A stretch of 64,000 bases of DNA from Acidobacteriota bacterium (lineage in GTDB: Bacteria > Acidobacteriota > UBA6911 > RPQK01 > JAJDTT01), in contig OZ242374.1 of NCBI GenBank assembly GCA_965209055.1, positions 3,584,001-3,648,000 on the forward strand, read 5' to 3'. Positions 47,787 through 57,189 of the stretch are shown one piece after another. The notes beneath the pieces were generated by a model. That model was not told the origin of the DNA. It ran no database searches and saw only the letters and a program-made list of their open reading frames with translations. Position numbers and translations under genes: made by a program. The first letter of the stretch is position 1; each line of letters starts with the position of its first letter.

Positions 47787-48634
47787 CTGAGGCGCGCGAT
47801 CCGGACAAACTGACCCGAATCGCACGCATGGACCTGAGGGAGATCGAAGAGGAGTTCGTCTCCCTGGCCGACATGCAGCGCCGCATCATGCCCGATCCGG
47901 GTCGGGTCACGGCGTATGCCGACTACGACATCTACGGCGTCACCCTTCCCACCGCAGTGGTCGGCGGAGATTTCTACGACTTCATCAACCTGGAAGGACG
48001 GTTCGACCTCAAGGACCGTTTCGGCGTCGTCATTGCCGATGCCGCCGGTCACGGCCTGGTGGCGGCGATGCTGATCCGCGATTTCAACACGGCCCTGTAT
48101 ACGGCCATCGCCTTCGAGGCGGCCTACGCCCAGGATACGACCAATCTCCTCTTCTCCAAGATCAACCGCCGCATGTTCCGGTCATCCCGACCCGACCAGT
48201 TTATCTCCGCGTTCTACGCAGAGGTTCACAAAGACGGCATCGTCCGGTACATCAACGCCGGCCACTTCAGCCCCCTGATCCTGAAGCGGGATCGAATCGA
48301 GACCCTGGACCTGGGCGGTCTGGTCCTGGGGGCCTTCTGGACGCCACCCATTGAGTACGAAGTGGGAGAAACGCGGATGGGGATGGGCGATGTGCTCGTC
48401 GGCTATACCGACGGCCTCATCGAGACTCGTAACGGGGAGGGCAGGGAATACGGCGTCGAGGCCCTGCGACGGCTGGCCTGGTCCAACCGGGGCCGTTCCG
48501 CCAAGGAGATGTGCGACACCATCATGGCGGATGTCGCGGCCTTCGGCGGCGCCGGCCGGCAGAACGACGACCGGACCATCATCGCCATCAAGAAAGACCC
48601 CATCAAGGAAGTCGGTCCAGCCAATCTGGATTGA
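47783..48634 (+). CDS. Stand-alone PP2C/SpoIIE (RsbU-like) Ser/Thr phosphatase
   Basis: VGGDFYD, IADAAGHG, NAGH, YTDGLIE, NDDRT. Confidence 0.9.
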   Translation: MTEARDPDKLTRIARMDLREIEEEFVSLADMQRRIMPDPGRVTAYADYDIYGVTLPTAVVGGDFYDFINLEGRFDLKDRFGVVIADAAGHGLVAAMLIRDFNTALYTAIAFEAAYAQDTTNLLFSKINRRMFRSSRPDQFISAFYAEVHKDGIVRYINAGHFSPLILKRDRIETLDLGGLVLGAFWTPPIEYEVGETRMGMGDVLVGYTDGLIETRNGEGREYGVEALRRLAWSNRGRSAKEMCDTIMADVAAFGGAGRQNDDRTIIAIKKDPIKEVGPANLD

Positions 48635-51600
48635 GCGTCGACTGATCCCAACTCGACAGAGGATTGGTGCCGAAGGTCTTGGGAGCCTCGGCGATATCCG
48701 CGAAGGGAACGGCAGCGGCTTTCTTACCTTCCATCCGGCCCTGCTTCTCCCCCGAATCGGAATCTCGTTTGGCCCCGGACGCAGGTGCTGCCGTTGATGG
48801 GTCAAAGTGCCGCCTTCGACAAGTCTGTCAAGAACGGTCTTGAAGCGTGACCGAATACCCGGACCGACCCTTTTGAATCCGAATAGTCGGGCAGCCTCGT
48901 TGATGGCGCCAGTTTCGTCGATTCCGTGGCTCGCCCGAACGGCGTGAAGTAGAGCTGCCCCGAGTTCCTGTGGTGAGATCAGATCGATTTTGCGCATCGC
49001 TGGGGGCAGGCCGTCACGGCGTCGAAGCGGAACCTGTTTGTGGTCGTGACGCCACAGGAAGTTGTCCAGCCGATAGATTTTTCCTTGCCGGACGGCTTCG
49101 TTGGCAGCAGTCCGGATTCGATTTCGAATTCGACTGCCGACCCGCTTCACACCGGCCGCGGTGGCAATTCGGCGCGCGACCTCTTGCAGGTGTACCGGAC
49201 TCTCCACTTGAACTACTTGGAGAATCCAGTTCATCACATGCCCGGACCACACTTCATGGAGTTCCTGACCCAATAGGCGGACCCCTGGTTTTCCCAGGAG
49301 GTATGGATCGGCAACCTGCTGTGCGGCCTCTGGGATCCGAACGCGAGAAATTGGAGCCGGGTGACGTTGGGGTCTCTTGGGAGCACGTTTGCTGAAGGAA
49401 TCGTCCCGCATGGCTCGCTGGATCGCATCTTCGACCTTCTCCATTTCCCGCTCGGGTTGATGGAACCAGTCGGTGCTCCAGATTCGATGAATCGTCCAGC
49501 CCAGGCCCTCGAGTACCTGCTGCCGGAGACGGTCTCGATCCCGAGCCGAGCGGGCGCTGTGGTAAGTGGCGCCGTCGCATTCGATTCCCAGCAGATAACG
49601 TCCCGGACGATCCGGGTCGATGATGCCCAGGTCCACGAAAAAACCGCTGGAGCCGATCTGGTGATCCACGGAGTGGCCGCTCTCTTTCAATCTGGCAGCG
49701 ACAGCCTCTTCGAATGGGGAGTCGGCCTCACCCCCCGATGGTCGCGGGACTTCAAGAATTCCACTCGCCGCGTACTTCAGAAAGGTCTGGAGTGCTTGGA
49801 CGCCGCGGGCGTTGGTTCGCCTCAGGTCCAGATCCTCGGAATTGAAGTTCGAGTAGACGACGCAACGCCGGCGGGCCCGCGTAATCAACACGTTCAGCCG
49901 CCTCTCGCCGCCGTCCTGGTTGAGCGGGCCGAAATTCATCGCCATGCGCCCGTCCTCGGTTTTGCCGTAGCCAATGCTGATCAAGATCACATCCCGTTCG
50001 TCGCCCTGGACGTTCTCAAGGTTCTTGACGAAAAACGGCTCGTCCGGGTGCTTGGCGAAGAATGATTCGCGTGAGGGATCCTGGCGGCGGAGAATCTCCA
50101 ACTCGTCTTCAATCCGTCGGGCCTGGGCAATACTGAAAGCGGCGACTCCCAGTGTCAGATCGGGTTGAGTTTGTGCATGATTCATCACCGCTTTGGCCAC
50201 CGCATGTGCCTCTCCTCGATTGAACCTCCGCCGGGCGCCTCGTTCGTAAAAGGTGTCGGGATCACACCGAAACTGAAGTCCAACCTCCCGCCTCTGCGCG
50301 TCCGGACTCGGAAAGATCACGAGCCGATTCTCATAGAACTCGTGATTCGAAACGGCGATCAGCGATTCATGACGGCTTCGGTAATGCCAACGCAGCATCC
50401 GCTCCGGGGCTCCTTGAGCGGCAAAAAGTCCCAATATGCTTTCGATATCGCTCGTGGCGAATTGATCCTCTTCTTCCTCCCCCTCGACAATCCGTTCGAA
50501 AAAACGAGTGGGAGGAAGCTGTTTGCTGTCACCAACTACAATCGACTGCCGGGCGCGGCGGATGGCGCCCATGGCTTCAACCGGCTTGACCTGACTGGCT
50601 TCGTCGAATATCACGAGGTCGAAGCGGACCGATTCCGGAGGTATGAATTTGGCGACAGAGAGCGGGCTCATCATGAAGATCGGTTTGATCTGTTGAATCG
50701 CGTTTCCGGCCATGGCCATGAGCCGACGCAGGGGAAGATGTCTCCTCTTCTTTTCGAACTCACGCCTCAGGACGGCGAGTTGTCCGCCGCCATGATGACG
50801 TGGTAGCCGCTCCCAATGAGCCTGAGCGACGAGAGCCCGATTGTGCTGGAAGAAATCCATGTCCAGCTTGCAGAATTCTTCGATGAACTTCTGATGCATG
50901 CCTCCTTCGAATTCGGTCAGAACCGGCCGTTCTTGGAAGGCTTTCTCAATCAGGGCAACGAACCAGCTTCGCTCGAAGAGATCGACCAGATGAACGCCGG
51001 CGTGTTTCCAGGAACCGGCCATTGAGATCGTTTCCTGAAGGCCGGCGTCGACCAGCCGTTTTTCGATGCTGTTGTAGCGGACGATTTCGCGAAGCGAGTC
51101 AATCTGGTTCGCGGCGGTATCGAGCCAGATTTCCAATTCGGAGAATGGACGATCCGTCGGTCCGGTTCCTGAGCGTGCGCCCGAAGCGTTGTATTCCAGA
51201 ACCTTGGCCACGGCTTCGAGGGCGCCGGAGAGACTTTCTGAGTCAGTATTGCAGGTCTCGACCAGGGAATCTGAATCCTCGCCGTCCAGATCGCGATCCA
51301 GCAGTTCGTGGATTCGCTCATCAACGGCTTCGCCCGCTATCTCCTGGTGAAGAACGAGTAGCCAATTGATCACCTCGCTCAGGTGACGATTCTTGGCCGG
51401 ATTCCGATCCAGCCTGACTCGGGGGAAGAGGCGTGCCAGGAGCCGGGAGCCCTCGATCCGTTGTCGGAGGCGCTGTTCACGGAGAATCGCCTCGACGATT
51501 CTCAATTGAGCCGATCCTTCGGAAGGGAGATCGCGCCGGCAAAGGCAGTACAATCCAGCGCGGGCAGCGCGGTAATTTCCGGATAGAAACCGCCACCACT

Positions 51601-53488
51601 TGTCGCCGAATTTCATCAGAGGCCGACGGTAGCTCAACACGTTCCGGCCCCAGGCTTCAGAAATCAGGATGGACTCGTACCGGGAATGAAGCTCGGAAAA
51701 CTCGAGAACCTCTCCGGCAATTTCCTTGATCTCGTCGTGCCGGAGCTTCCAATCCGGATGGCGGTGATCGACGTTGATGAGGCCCGGACATTCGATGGTG
51801 CGCGACACTGTGCGGGTCAGTCTGGCCACCTTCTGCAGATCCGGTTCCGGATCCTCCAAGTTTGCGGACCCCTGCAGCTTTGCGACCGATCCACGGAGCT
51901 TGCGGAGCGCATTGGAGGCGTTACGGAGTGCCTTCAAGATCCTCAATCGATCCGTCGGCAGGTACGATGTCCGGGTACTACCCCAGAAAACATGCTTTCT
52001 GGGCTTGCCGATTACACCTATGGTTTCCTGAAGCTCGGAGACCAATTCCCGCAACAGAAGAAAGTCACGCCGTCTGGACGAGGCCACGCCGTTGCCGGAG
52101 AGAAGTGGCCATTCTGTGCCGGGATCCAATTCCTGGAATCTGGCCAGTTTGCCGATGACTTCGTGCGGCGTGAAGCGACTTTCCCCGATGGGTGTATTGA
52201 CGGCGACCGAATAGTCGTCGAGTCGTTTTCGCCGCCTGGCCATCAGCTGCCGGTCTTCAGACACGTCCTCAACTTGGGGCTTTCCCAAATGAAGCGTGCG
52301 TCTCAGTTCATCGACGACAGTCTTTTTGTTGGCGGTATGGCTGTGCAGTTCGAGGCAGGCGTCTCCGATGTGAACGCTGTCGAGTCTCCGCTTGACGACT
52401 TCGAGAGCCGCCATCTTCTCGGCGACGAACAGGACCTTTTTGTCTTGGGCGATCGCTTCGGCGATCAAATTGGTAATGGTTTGTGACTTGCCCGTTCCAG
52501 GAGGGCCCTGAATGACCAGATTGCGGCCCTGCATGGCATCGATGACGGCGAGAGTTTGTGAACTGTCCGAATCGAGGATCTGGTGCGCATCCGGTGCGGT
52601 GAGCCGGGGATCGAGACCGTCTCCTTCAATATCGTCCGGCGCACCATTTCCGAAGCCTTGGTGGCTGAGAAGGGCTTCTATGACGGGATGATCCGAAGGC
52701 GCTGAATCTTCTGGCCACGATTCCGGGTCTAAATCCTTGTAGATCAACAGTTTGCTGAAGGAGAAAAAGCCGAGGAATATGGCGTTGGCGTCAACCGTCC
52801 ACCTCTCCTTTCCGGAAATCGCAACGCGGACCTTATGAAAATAGTCGTTGACGTCCAGGTCTTCCACGTCGGGAAGTTCCGGTAGCCCGATATCGAAGTC
52901 TGCTTTCAGTTTCGCTTCCAGAGAAAGATTGGCCCCGATCTCTTCGCCGGTGTAACCGAGCCGGTAGTGTGCCCGGATACTGGTGCGAGAAAGCTCGACC
53001 GGAACCAGGATAAGAGGAGCCATGCGGAGCAATTCGCTCGATTTGGATTCGTACCAATTGAGGGTGCCCAGAGCGAGAAAGAGAATGTTGACCCCTTGTT
53101 CTTCGATGGAGGTGTGGGCGGCCCTGAAGGTGTTCTTAAGCCGGATTTCCAACTGGGTCGCCGAGTAGGGTGTCTGGAGCTGGTTGTCAACGTGATGCGC
53201 CGCCGGCTCGGCGGATGGATCCTCGAAGTCGGTAATCGAGGACAGCAGTGCCTGGGGAATTTCCGCTTCGAGCGACCCGTCTCCGCCACTCGAACCGGTC
53301 GGCAGAAAATACATCAGACGTTCATTCCGGACGATGATCCTGAAGATCTCCCTTGGGATCTCGCCGGTGATCGTCAGTCCGCGCGTCTTGGACGGGCGAA
53401 AGTTCAGAAGGGGATTGCGCAGGGTGAGATCAAGAAGGTCCCTGCGAGACCTGTCGAGTTGCGTTGCGACAGAGGTAGAAGTACTCAT
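48182..53488 (-). CDS. DUF4011 - SF1 helicase - Vsr-like nuclease - DUF3320 protein (Hhe-type anti-phage candidate)
   Basis: LLDLTLRNPLLN, QGPPGTGKSQT, MSPLSVA, DEASQ, GDSKQLPP, WHYRSRHESL, ENVQGDERD, RRLNVLITRAR, SPFEEAV...GIECDGATYH..ARDRDRLRQ..LE.LGW...IWSTDW. Visibly lower GC. Homology-like sequence appears to end near 48770. Confidence 0.85.
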   Translation of the reverse strand: MSTSTSVATQLDRSRRDLLDLTLRNPLLNFRPSKTRGLTITGEIPREIFRIIVRNERLMYFLPTGSSGGDGSLEAEIPQALLSSITDFEDPSAEPAAHHVDNQLQTPYSATQLEIRLKNTFRAAHTSIEEQGVNILFLALGTLNWYESKSSELLRMAPLILVPVELSRTSIRAHYRLGYTGEEIGANLSLEAKLKADFDIGLPELPDVEDLDVNDYFHKVRVAISGKERWTVDANAIFLGFFSFSKLLIYKDLDPESWPEDSAPSDHPVIEALLSHQGFGNGAPDDIEGDGLDPRLTAPDAHQILDSDSSQTLAVIDAMQGRNLVIQGPPGTGKSQTITNLIAEAIAQDKKVLFVAEKMAALEVVKRRLDSVHIGDACLELHSHTANKKTVVDELRRTLHLGKPQVEDVSEDRQLMARRRKRLDDYSVAVNTPIGESRFTPHEVIGKLARFQELDPGTEWPLLSGNGVASSRRRDFLLLRELVSELQETIGVIGKPRKHVFWGSTRTSYLPTDRLRILKALRNASNALRKLRGSVAKLQGSANLEDPEPDLQKVARLTRTVSRTIECPGLINVDHRHPDWKLRHDEIKEIAGEVLEFSELHSRYESILISEAWGRNVLSYRRPLMKFGDKWWRFLSGNYRAARAGLYCLCRRDLPSEGSAQLRIVEAILREQRLRQRIEGSRLLARLFPRVRLDRNPAKNRHLSEVINWLLVLHQEIAGEAVDERIHELLDRDLDGEDSDSLVETCNTDSESLSGALEAVAKVLEYNASGARSGTGPTDRPFSELEIWLDTAANQIDSLREIVRYNSIEKRLVDAGLQETISMAGSWKHAGVHLVDLFERSWFVALIEKAFQERPVLTEFEGGMHQKFIEEFCKLDMDFFQHNRALVAQAHWERLPRHHGGGQLAVLRREFEKKRRHLPLRRLMAMAGNAIQQIKPIFMMSPLSVAKFIPPESVRFDLVIFDEASQVKPVEAMGAIRRARQSIVVGDSKQLPPTRFFERIVEGEEEEDQFATSDIESILGLFAAQGAPERMLRWHYRSRHESLIAVSNHEFYENRLVIFPSPDAQRREVGLQFRCDPDTFYERGARRRFNRGEAHAVAKAVMNHAQTQPDLTLGVAAFSIAQARRIEDELEILRRQDPSRESFFAKHPDEPFFVKNLENVQGDERDVILISIGYGKTEDGRMAMNFGPLNQDGGERRLNVLITRARRRCVVYSNFNSEDLDLRRTNARGVQALQTFLKYAASGILEVPRPSGGEADSPFEEAVAARLKESGHSVDHQIGSSGFFVDLGIIDPDRPGRYLLGIECDGATYHSARSARDRDRLRQQVLEGLGWTIHRIWSTDWFHQPEREMEKVEDAIQRAMRDDSFSKRAPKRPQRHPAPISRVRIPEAAQQVADPYLLGKPGVRLLGQELHEVWSGHVMNWILQVVQVESPVHLQEVARRIATAAGVKRVGSRIRNRIRTAANEAVRQGKIYRLDNFLWRHDHKQVPLRRRDGLPPAMRKIDLISPQELGAALLHAVRASHGIDETGAINEAARLFGFKRVGPGIRSRFKTVLDRLVEGGTLTHQRQHLRPGPNEIPIRGRSRAGWKVRKPLPFPSRISPRLPRPSAPILCRVGISRRSIQIGWTDFLDGVFLDGDDGPVVVLPAGAAEGRDIRHDGVAHLLGGTAPVGPGQPSQGLDAVFPALPVTSLDEAVGIADEHIAHPHPRFSHFVLNGWRPEGPQDQTAQVQGLDSIPLQDQGAEVAGVDVPDDAVFVNLCVERGDKLVGSG

Positions 53489-53579
53489 CGTCCGGCGGAG
53501 GCACGCACCATCGGTAGGCCTCTACAATAGGCGAACCGCCGCCGGGAAATCCATTACTTCATAGGGTCTCAACGCAAGG

Positions 53580-55460
53580 CTAGGAGACCAGGTCCCGCAC
53601 CGCCTCGACGATGGCGCGGGCTCCGATGCCGTGGCCGTCCATCAGCTCAGCCGAGGGTCCGGACCGGGGCAGGTCGGTCACGGCCAGCTTCCGGTAGCGG
53701 TACTGCCGTCCGGCCAGGGCGTCCACCACGGCGTCTCCCAGACCTCCGTCGGCGTAGTGGTCCTCCACGGTGACGATGGCTCCGGTCTCCCGCGCCGCCT
53801 GCGCCAGAGACTCGCCATCGACCGGCTTGACGGAGTACAGGTCGATGACGCGGATGTCGATGCCCTCGTCCTGCAGTTGCCCATGCGCCTTGAGGGCTTC
53901 GTGAAGGGTGATTCCGGCGCCTACGACCGTGGCTTGGTCGGAGGGGCTGGTTCGAACGGTCTTGGACCCGCCGCGGACGAAGGTCTCCGCCGCATCGTAG
54001 AGGCAGGCGGTCTTGGGACGGGTGGTTCGGATGTAGACGATGCCGGGTGTTTGGGAGGCCACCTCGACCAGGCGCTCCGTGGCGACGGCGTCGCTGGGAT
54101 AGAGGACCGTGGACCCTTGAATGGCCCGCATCATGGCCAGATCCTCCAGACCCATTTGTGAGGGGCCGTCCTCTCCGATGGAGACGCCGGCATGGGAGCC
54201 GCAGAGCTTGAGGTTGCTCTGGGAGATGGCCGCCATCCGAATCAGGTCGTAGGCGCGGGTCATGAAGGCGGCGAAGGTGGAGGCGAATGGGATCTTGCCC
54301 ACGGCGCCCATGCCCACGGCCGCCCCGACCATGGCCTGCTCCGCGATGAAGCACTCGAAGAACCGGTCCGGATGTTGCTCCATGAACCGCAGAGAATAGG
54401 TGGAGTTCTTGGTGTCGCCGTCCAGGGCCACGACCCGGGGATTGGCGTTTCCCAACTTCCGCAGTCCGGTCCCGTACGCGACGCGGGTGGCCACCCGATC
54501 CTGATCGGTGTAGCTGGGAGGCTCCATCTTCGCGTTCCCACCCGAATCGGCGGCGCCGGAATCGCCGTTCCCGGCCGGCAGCGCCACGCTCAAGGAATGA
54601 TCCGCCAACGCCTCCGGACCCAGCTCCTCCAGCGCCCGCTCCAGGTCTGCTCCACGGGGAATCGGTTTTCCGTGCCAGCCGTCCCGGTTCTCCATGAAGG
54701 AGACTCCCTTGCCCTTGAGGGTGCGGGCGACGATGACCGAGGGCTTGCCGGTCTGGTCGCATGCGTCCTGGAGCGCGGCCGCGATCTCCCCTACGTCGTG
54801 GCCGTCCACGGCGGCCGCGTGCCAGCCGAAGGCGCGAAAACGGTCGCAGTAGCCGTCCAGGTCGTGGTCGTACATGGTGTTCTGGCTCTGGCCGTACCCG
54901 TTCACGTCCACCACGCCGATGAGATTGTCCAGACCGTAGAATCCGGCCAGGGCGGCCGCTTCCCAAACCGCGCCCTCGGCCGTTTCTCCGTCCCCCATGA
55001 GGACATAGACCCGGTTTCCCGAAGGACGGTTTCTGAGGGCCAGCGCCATCCCCACGCCGATGGCCAATCCCTGGCCCAGGGACCCGGTGCCGACGTCGAC
55101 CCAGCGGCTTCGGGGTGTGGGATGCCCCTCCAACTCGCTGTCGATCCGCCGCAGAGTGAGCAGCCTTTCCACCGGAAAGGCTCCGCCTTCGGCCAAGGCC
55201 GCGTAAAGGACCGGTGCGGCATGTCCCTTGGAGAGCACGAAGCGGTCATTCGCCGGATGATCCGGCCGGTTGAGGTCGAAGCGCAGGAATTGGAAGAAGA
55301 TGGTGGAGACCAGGTCGGCACAGGAGAAGCAGGAAGTCGGATGTCCCGATCCGGCCTCGGTGGTGGAGACCAGCGAGTGGCGCCGCAAACGGTTGGCCAT
55401 TCCCTGGAGGGATCGGATTCGGTCGGGGGTGACCACGGTAGAATCTGGATTTGATGTCAT
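53580..55460 (-). CDS. tkt: Transketolase
   Basis: GSGHPTS, LSKGHA, LEGHPTP, GSLGQG, GDGE..EG, IAEQAM, GEDGPSQM. Confidence 0.96.
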   Translation of the reverse strand: MTSNPDSTVVTPDRIRSLQGMANRLRRHSLVSTTEAGSGHPTSCFSCADLVSTIFFQFLRFDLNRPDHPANDRFVLSKGHAAPVLYAALAEGGAFPVERLLTLRRIDSELEGHPTPRSRWVDVGTGSLGQGLAIGVGMALALRNRPSGNRVYVLMGDGETAEGAVWEAAALAGFYGLDNLIGVVDVNGYGQSQNTMYDHDLDGYCDRFRAFGWHAAAVDGHDVGEIAAALQDACDQTGKPSVIVARTLKGKGVSFMENRDGWHGKPIPRGADLERALEELGPEALADHSLSVALPAGNGDSGAADSGGNAKMEPPSYTDQDRVATRVAYGTGLRKLGNANPRVVALDGDTKNSTYSLRFMEQHPDRFFECFIAEQAMVGAAVGMGAVGKIPFASTFAAFMTRAYDLIRMAAISQSNLKLCGSHAGVSIGEDGPSQMGLEDLAMMRAIQGSTVLYPSDAVATERLVEVASQTPGIVYIRTTRPKTACLYDAAETFVRGGSKTVRTSPSDQATVVGAGITLHEALKAHGQLQDEGIDIRVIDLYSVKPVDGESLAQAARETGAIVTVEDHYADGGLGDAVVDALAGRQYRYRKLAVTDLPRSGPSAELMDGHGIGARAIVEAVRDLVS

Positions 55461-55622
55461 GGCTGTCCTGTGATGTCTGGTTTTTCGAAACTATGGATTT
55501 GCCGCCCGCCCCGGACGGCAACAGTATCGCCCCGGGGGGTGACGCCAGTTTAACGCCCGCTCTCGGACCGGACCAGAAAACGGAACCAATCTGACCGAAT
55601 CTTCACGACCCGGCACGGACCC

Positions 55623-56645
55623 TTACCCACCGAGGGTGATCATCTCGATCTTCCGATGATCTTTCCGATGGTAGCCGTCGGTGCGAATCTGTTGCCAACG
55701 GCGATCGGAGAACCGGTCCTCCCGGACCGACCAGACCCGCTCCAGGAAGGAACGGATCTCCACGTCGGAACTTCCGCCTCGCAGCAGGCGCTTCAGATCG
55801 TGGCCCCCGGAGGCGAACAGGCAGGTGACCATCTGGCCGTCGGCTGTCAATCGGACCCGGCTGCAGGTGGAACAGAACGGTTCGGTCACCGATCCGATGA
55901 TTCCGATCTGTCCGGCACCGTCCAGGAAGCGGTAGTTGACGGCGGGCGCGCGGCTCTCCTCCCGTCCCACGGCCTCCAGGGGATACCGGGATCGGATCCG
56001 GTCCAGGATCTCCTGTTTGGTGACGGTTCTCTCGAGACTCCAGTCGTTGGCGTTTCCCACGTCCATGTATTCGATGAACCTGGCCTGCAGACCGTGCTCT
56101 CGCGAGTACTCCACCAAGTCCATGATCTCATCGTCGTTGATACCCCTGATCACGACGGTGTTGATCTTGATGGGAGCCATTCCGGTGTCCCGGGCCGCCA
56201 GGATCCCCTCCAGCACGTCTTCCAGGCGTCCCCGTTTGGTGATGGCACTGAACTTGTCCGGATCCAACGTGTCCAGACTGACGTTGATCCGGCGCAGGCC
56301 TGCCCGCCTCAACGCGGGAGCCAATCGGGCCAGGAACGAGCCGTTGGTCGTGAGGCTCAGGTCCTTCAAGCCTCCGATTGTGGAGAGGTCCCCAAGCAGA
56401 CGGTGCAGGTCGCGCCGGACCAGGGGCTCGCCGCCCGTAATTCGGATCCTCCCGACGCCCAGGTCGACGAAGAGTCGGGCCAGGCGGACGATCTCTTCGA
56501 AGGTCAGCAGCTCCCGCTTCTCGATCCAGACGTACTGGTCCAGCGGCATGCAGTACCGGCAACGGTAGTTGCACCGGTCCGTCACCGAGACTCGCAGATC
56601 CTTCATGGGTCTGCGGAATACGTCGGTCGTCTCCATGCCGCTCAT
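55623..56645 (-). CDS. moaA: GTP 3',8-cyclase (Moco biosynthesis)
   Basis: LRVSVTDRCNYRCRYCM, FCSTCSRVR...CLF, C-terminal GG. Confidence 0.96.
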   Translation of the reverse strand: MSGMETTDVFRRPMKDLRVSVTDRCNYRCRYCMPLDQYVWIEKRELLTFEEIVRLARLFVDLGVGRIRITGGEPLVRRDLHRLLGDLSTIGGLKDLSLTTNGSFLARLAPALRRAGLRRINVSLDTLDPDKFSAITKRGRLEDVLEGILAARDTGMAPIKINTVVIRGINDDEIMDLVEYSREHGLQARFIEYMDVGNANDWSLERTVTKQEILDRIRSRYPLEAVGREESRAPAVNYRFLDGAGQIGIIGSVTEPFCSTCSRVRLTADGQMVTCLFASGGHDLKRLLRGGSSDVEIRSFLERVWSVREDRFSDRRWQQIRTDGYHRKDHRKIEMITLGG

Positions 56646-56739
56646 TATCTCGTTCAGGACGGAGGCGCTTCAAGGAAGGGCCGACCCGCCGTTGCCGAAT
56701 TCGGACGGCGGATCGAAAAAGCGTGGAGCGGAAACGGGT

Positions 56740-57063
56740 TCAGACGTGAAATGACTCGCCGCAGCCGCAGGAGCCGGACACGTTGGGATTCTTGAATTGA
56801 AACCCGGCGGCTTGAGTCGTCTCGATGTAGTCGATCTCGGTCCCGTCCAGGTAGAGCATGCTCTGAGGATCCACGAAGACCTTGAAGCCGTCGATCTCCA
56901 AGACGTCATCGCCCTCGCGGCCCTGCCGCTCCAGGTTCATGGCGTACTGGAAGCCGGAGCAGCCCCCACCCACCACCGCCACCCGGACACCGGAAAACCC
57001 CTGGGCCTGTTGCGAGATGACCTTCTGGACCTGGTTCACTGCGTCGTTCGTCAGGGTAATCAT
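56740..57063 (-). CDS. A-type Fe-S carrier (ErpA/IscA)
   Basis: GGGCSGFQY, NPNVSGSCGCGESF. Confidence 0.95.
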   Translation of the reverse strand: MITLTNDAVNQVQKVISQQAQGFSGVRVAVVGGGCSGFQYAMNLERQGREGDDVLEIDGFKVFVDPQSMLYLDGTEIDYIETTQAAGFQFKNPNVSGSCGCGESFHV

Positions 57064-57153
57064 GAGATTTTGTCTCCTGATTTGTGATTTTACGCGGGAG
57101 AGCTTTCGACTTCAAACGAAGGGGGGCGACTATCGACCCCCTGACCCCCCTGT

Positions 57154-57180
57154 CGGCGGTTGGAAACCGCCGCTCCTGTC
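57154..57180. repeat. REP-like palindrome (type A)
   Basis: CGGCGGTTGGAAACCGCCGCTCCTGTC, whose reverse complement closely matches the 28-bp tandem unit at 302-413. Confidence 0.8.
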
Positions 57181-57189
57181 GCCGTTCCT

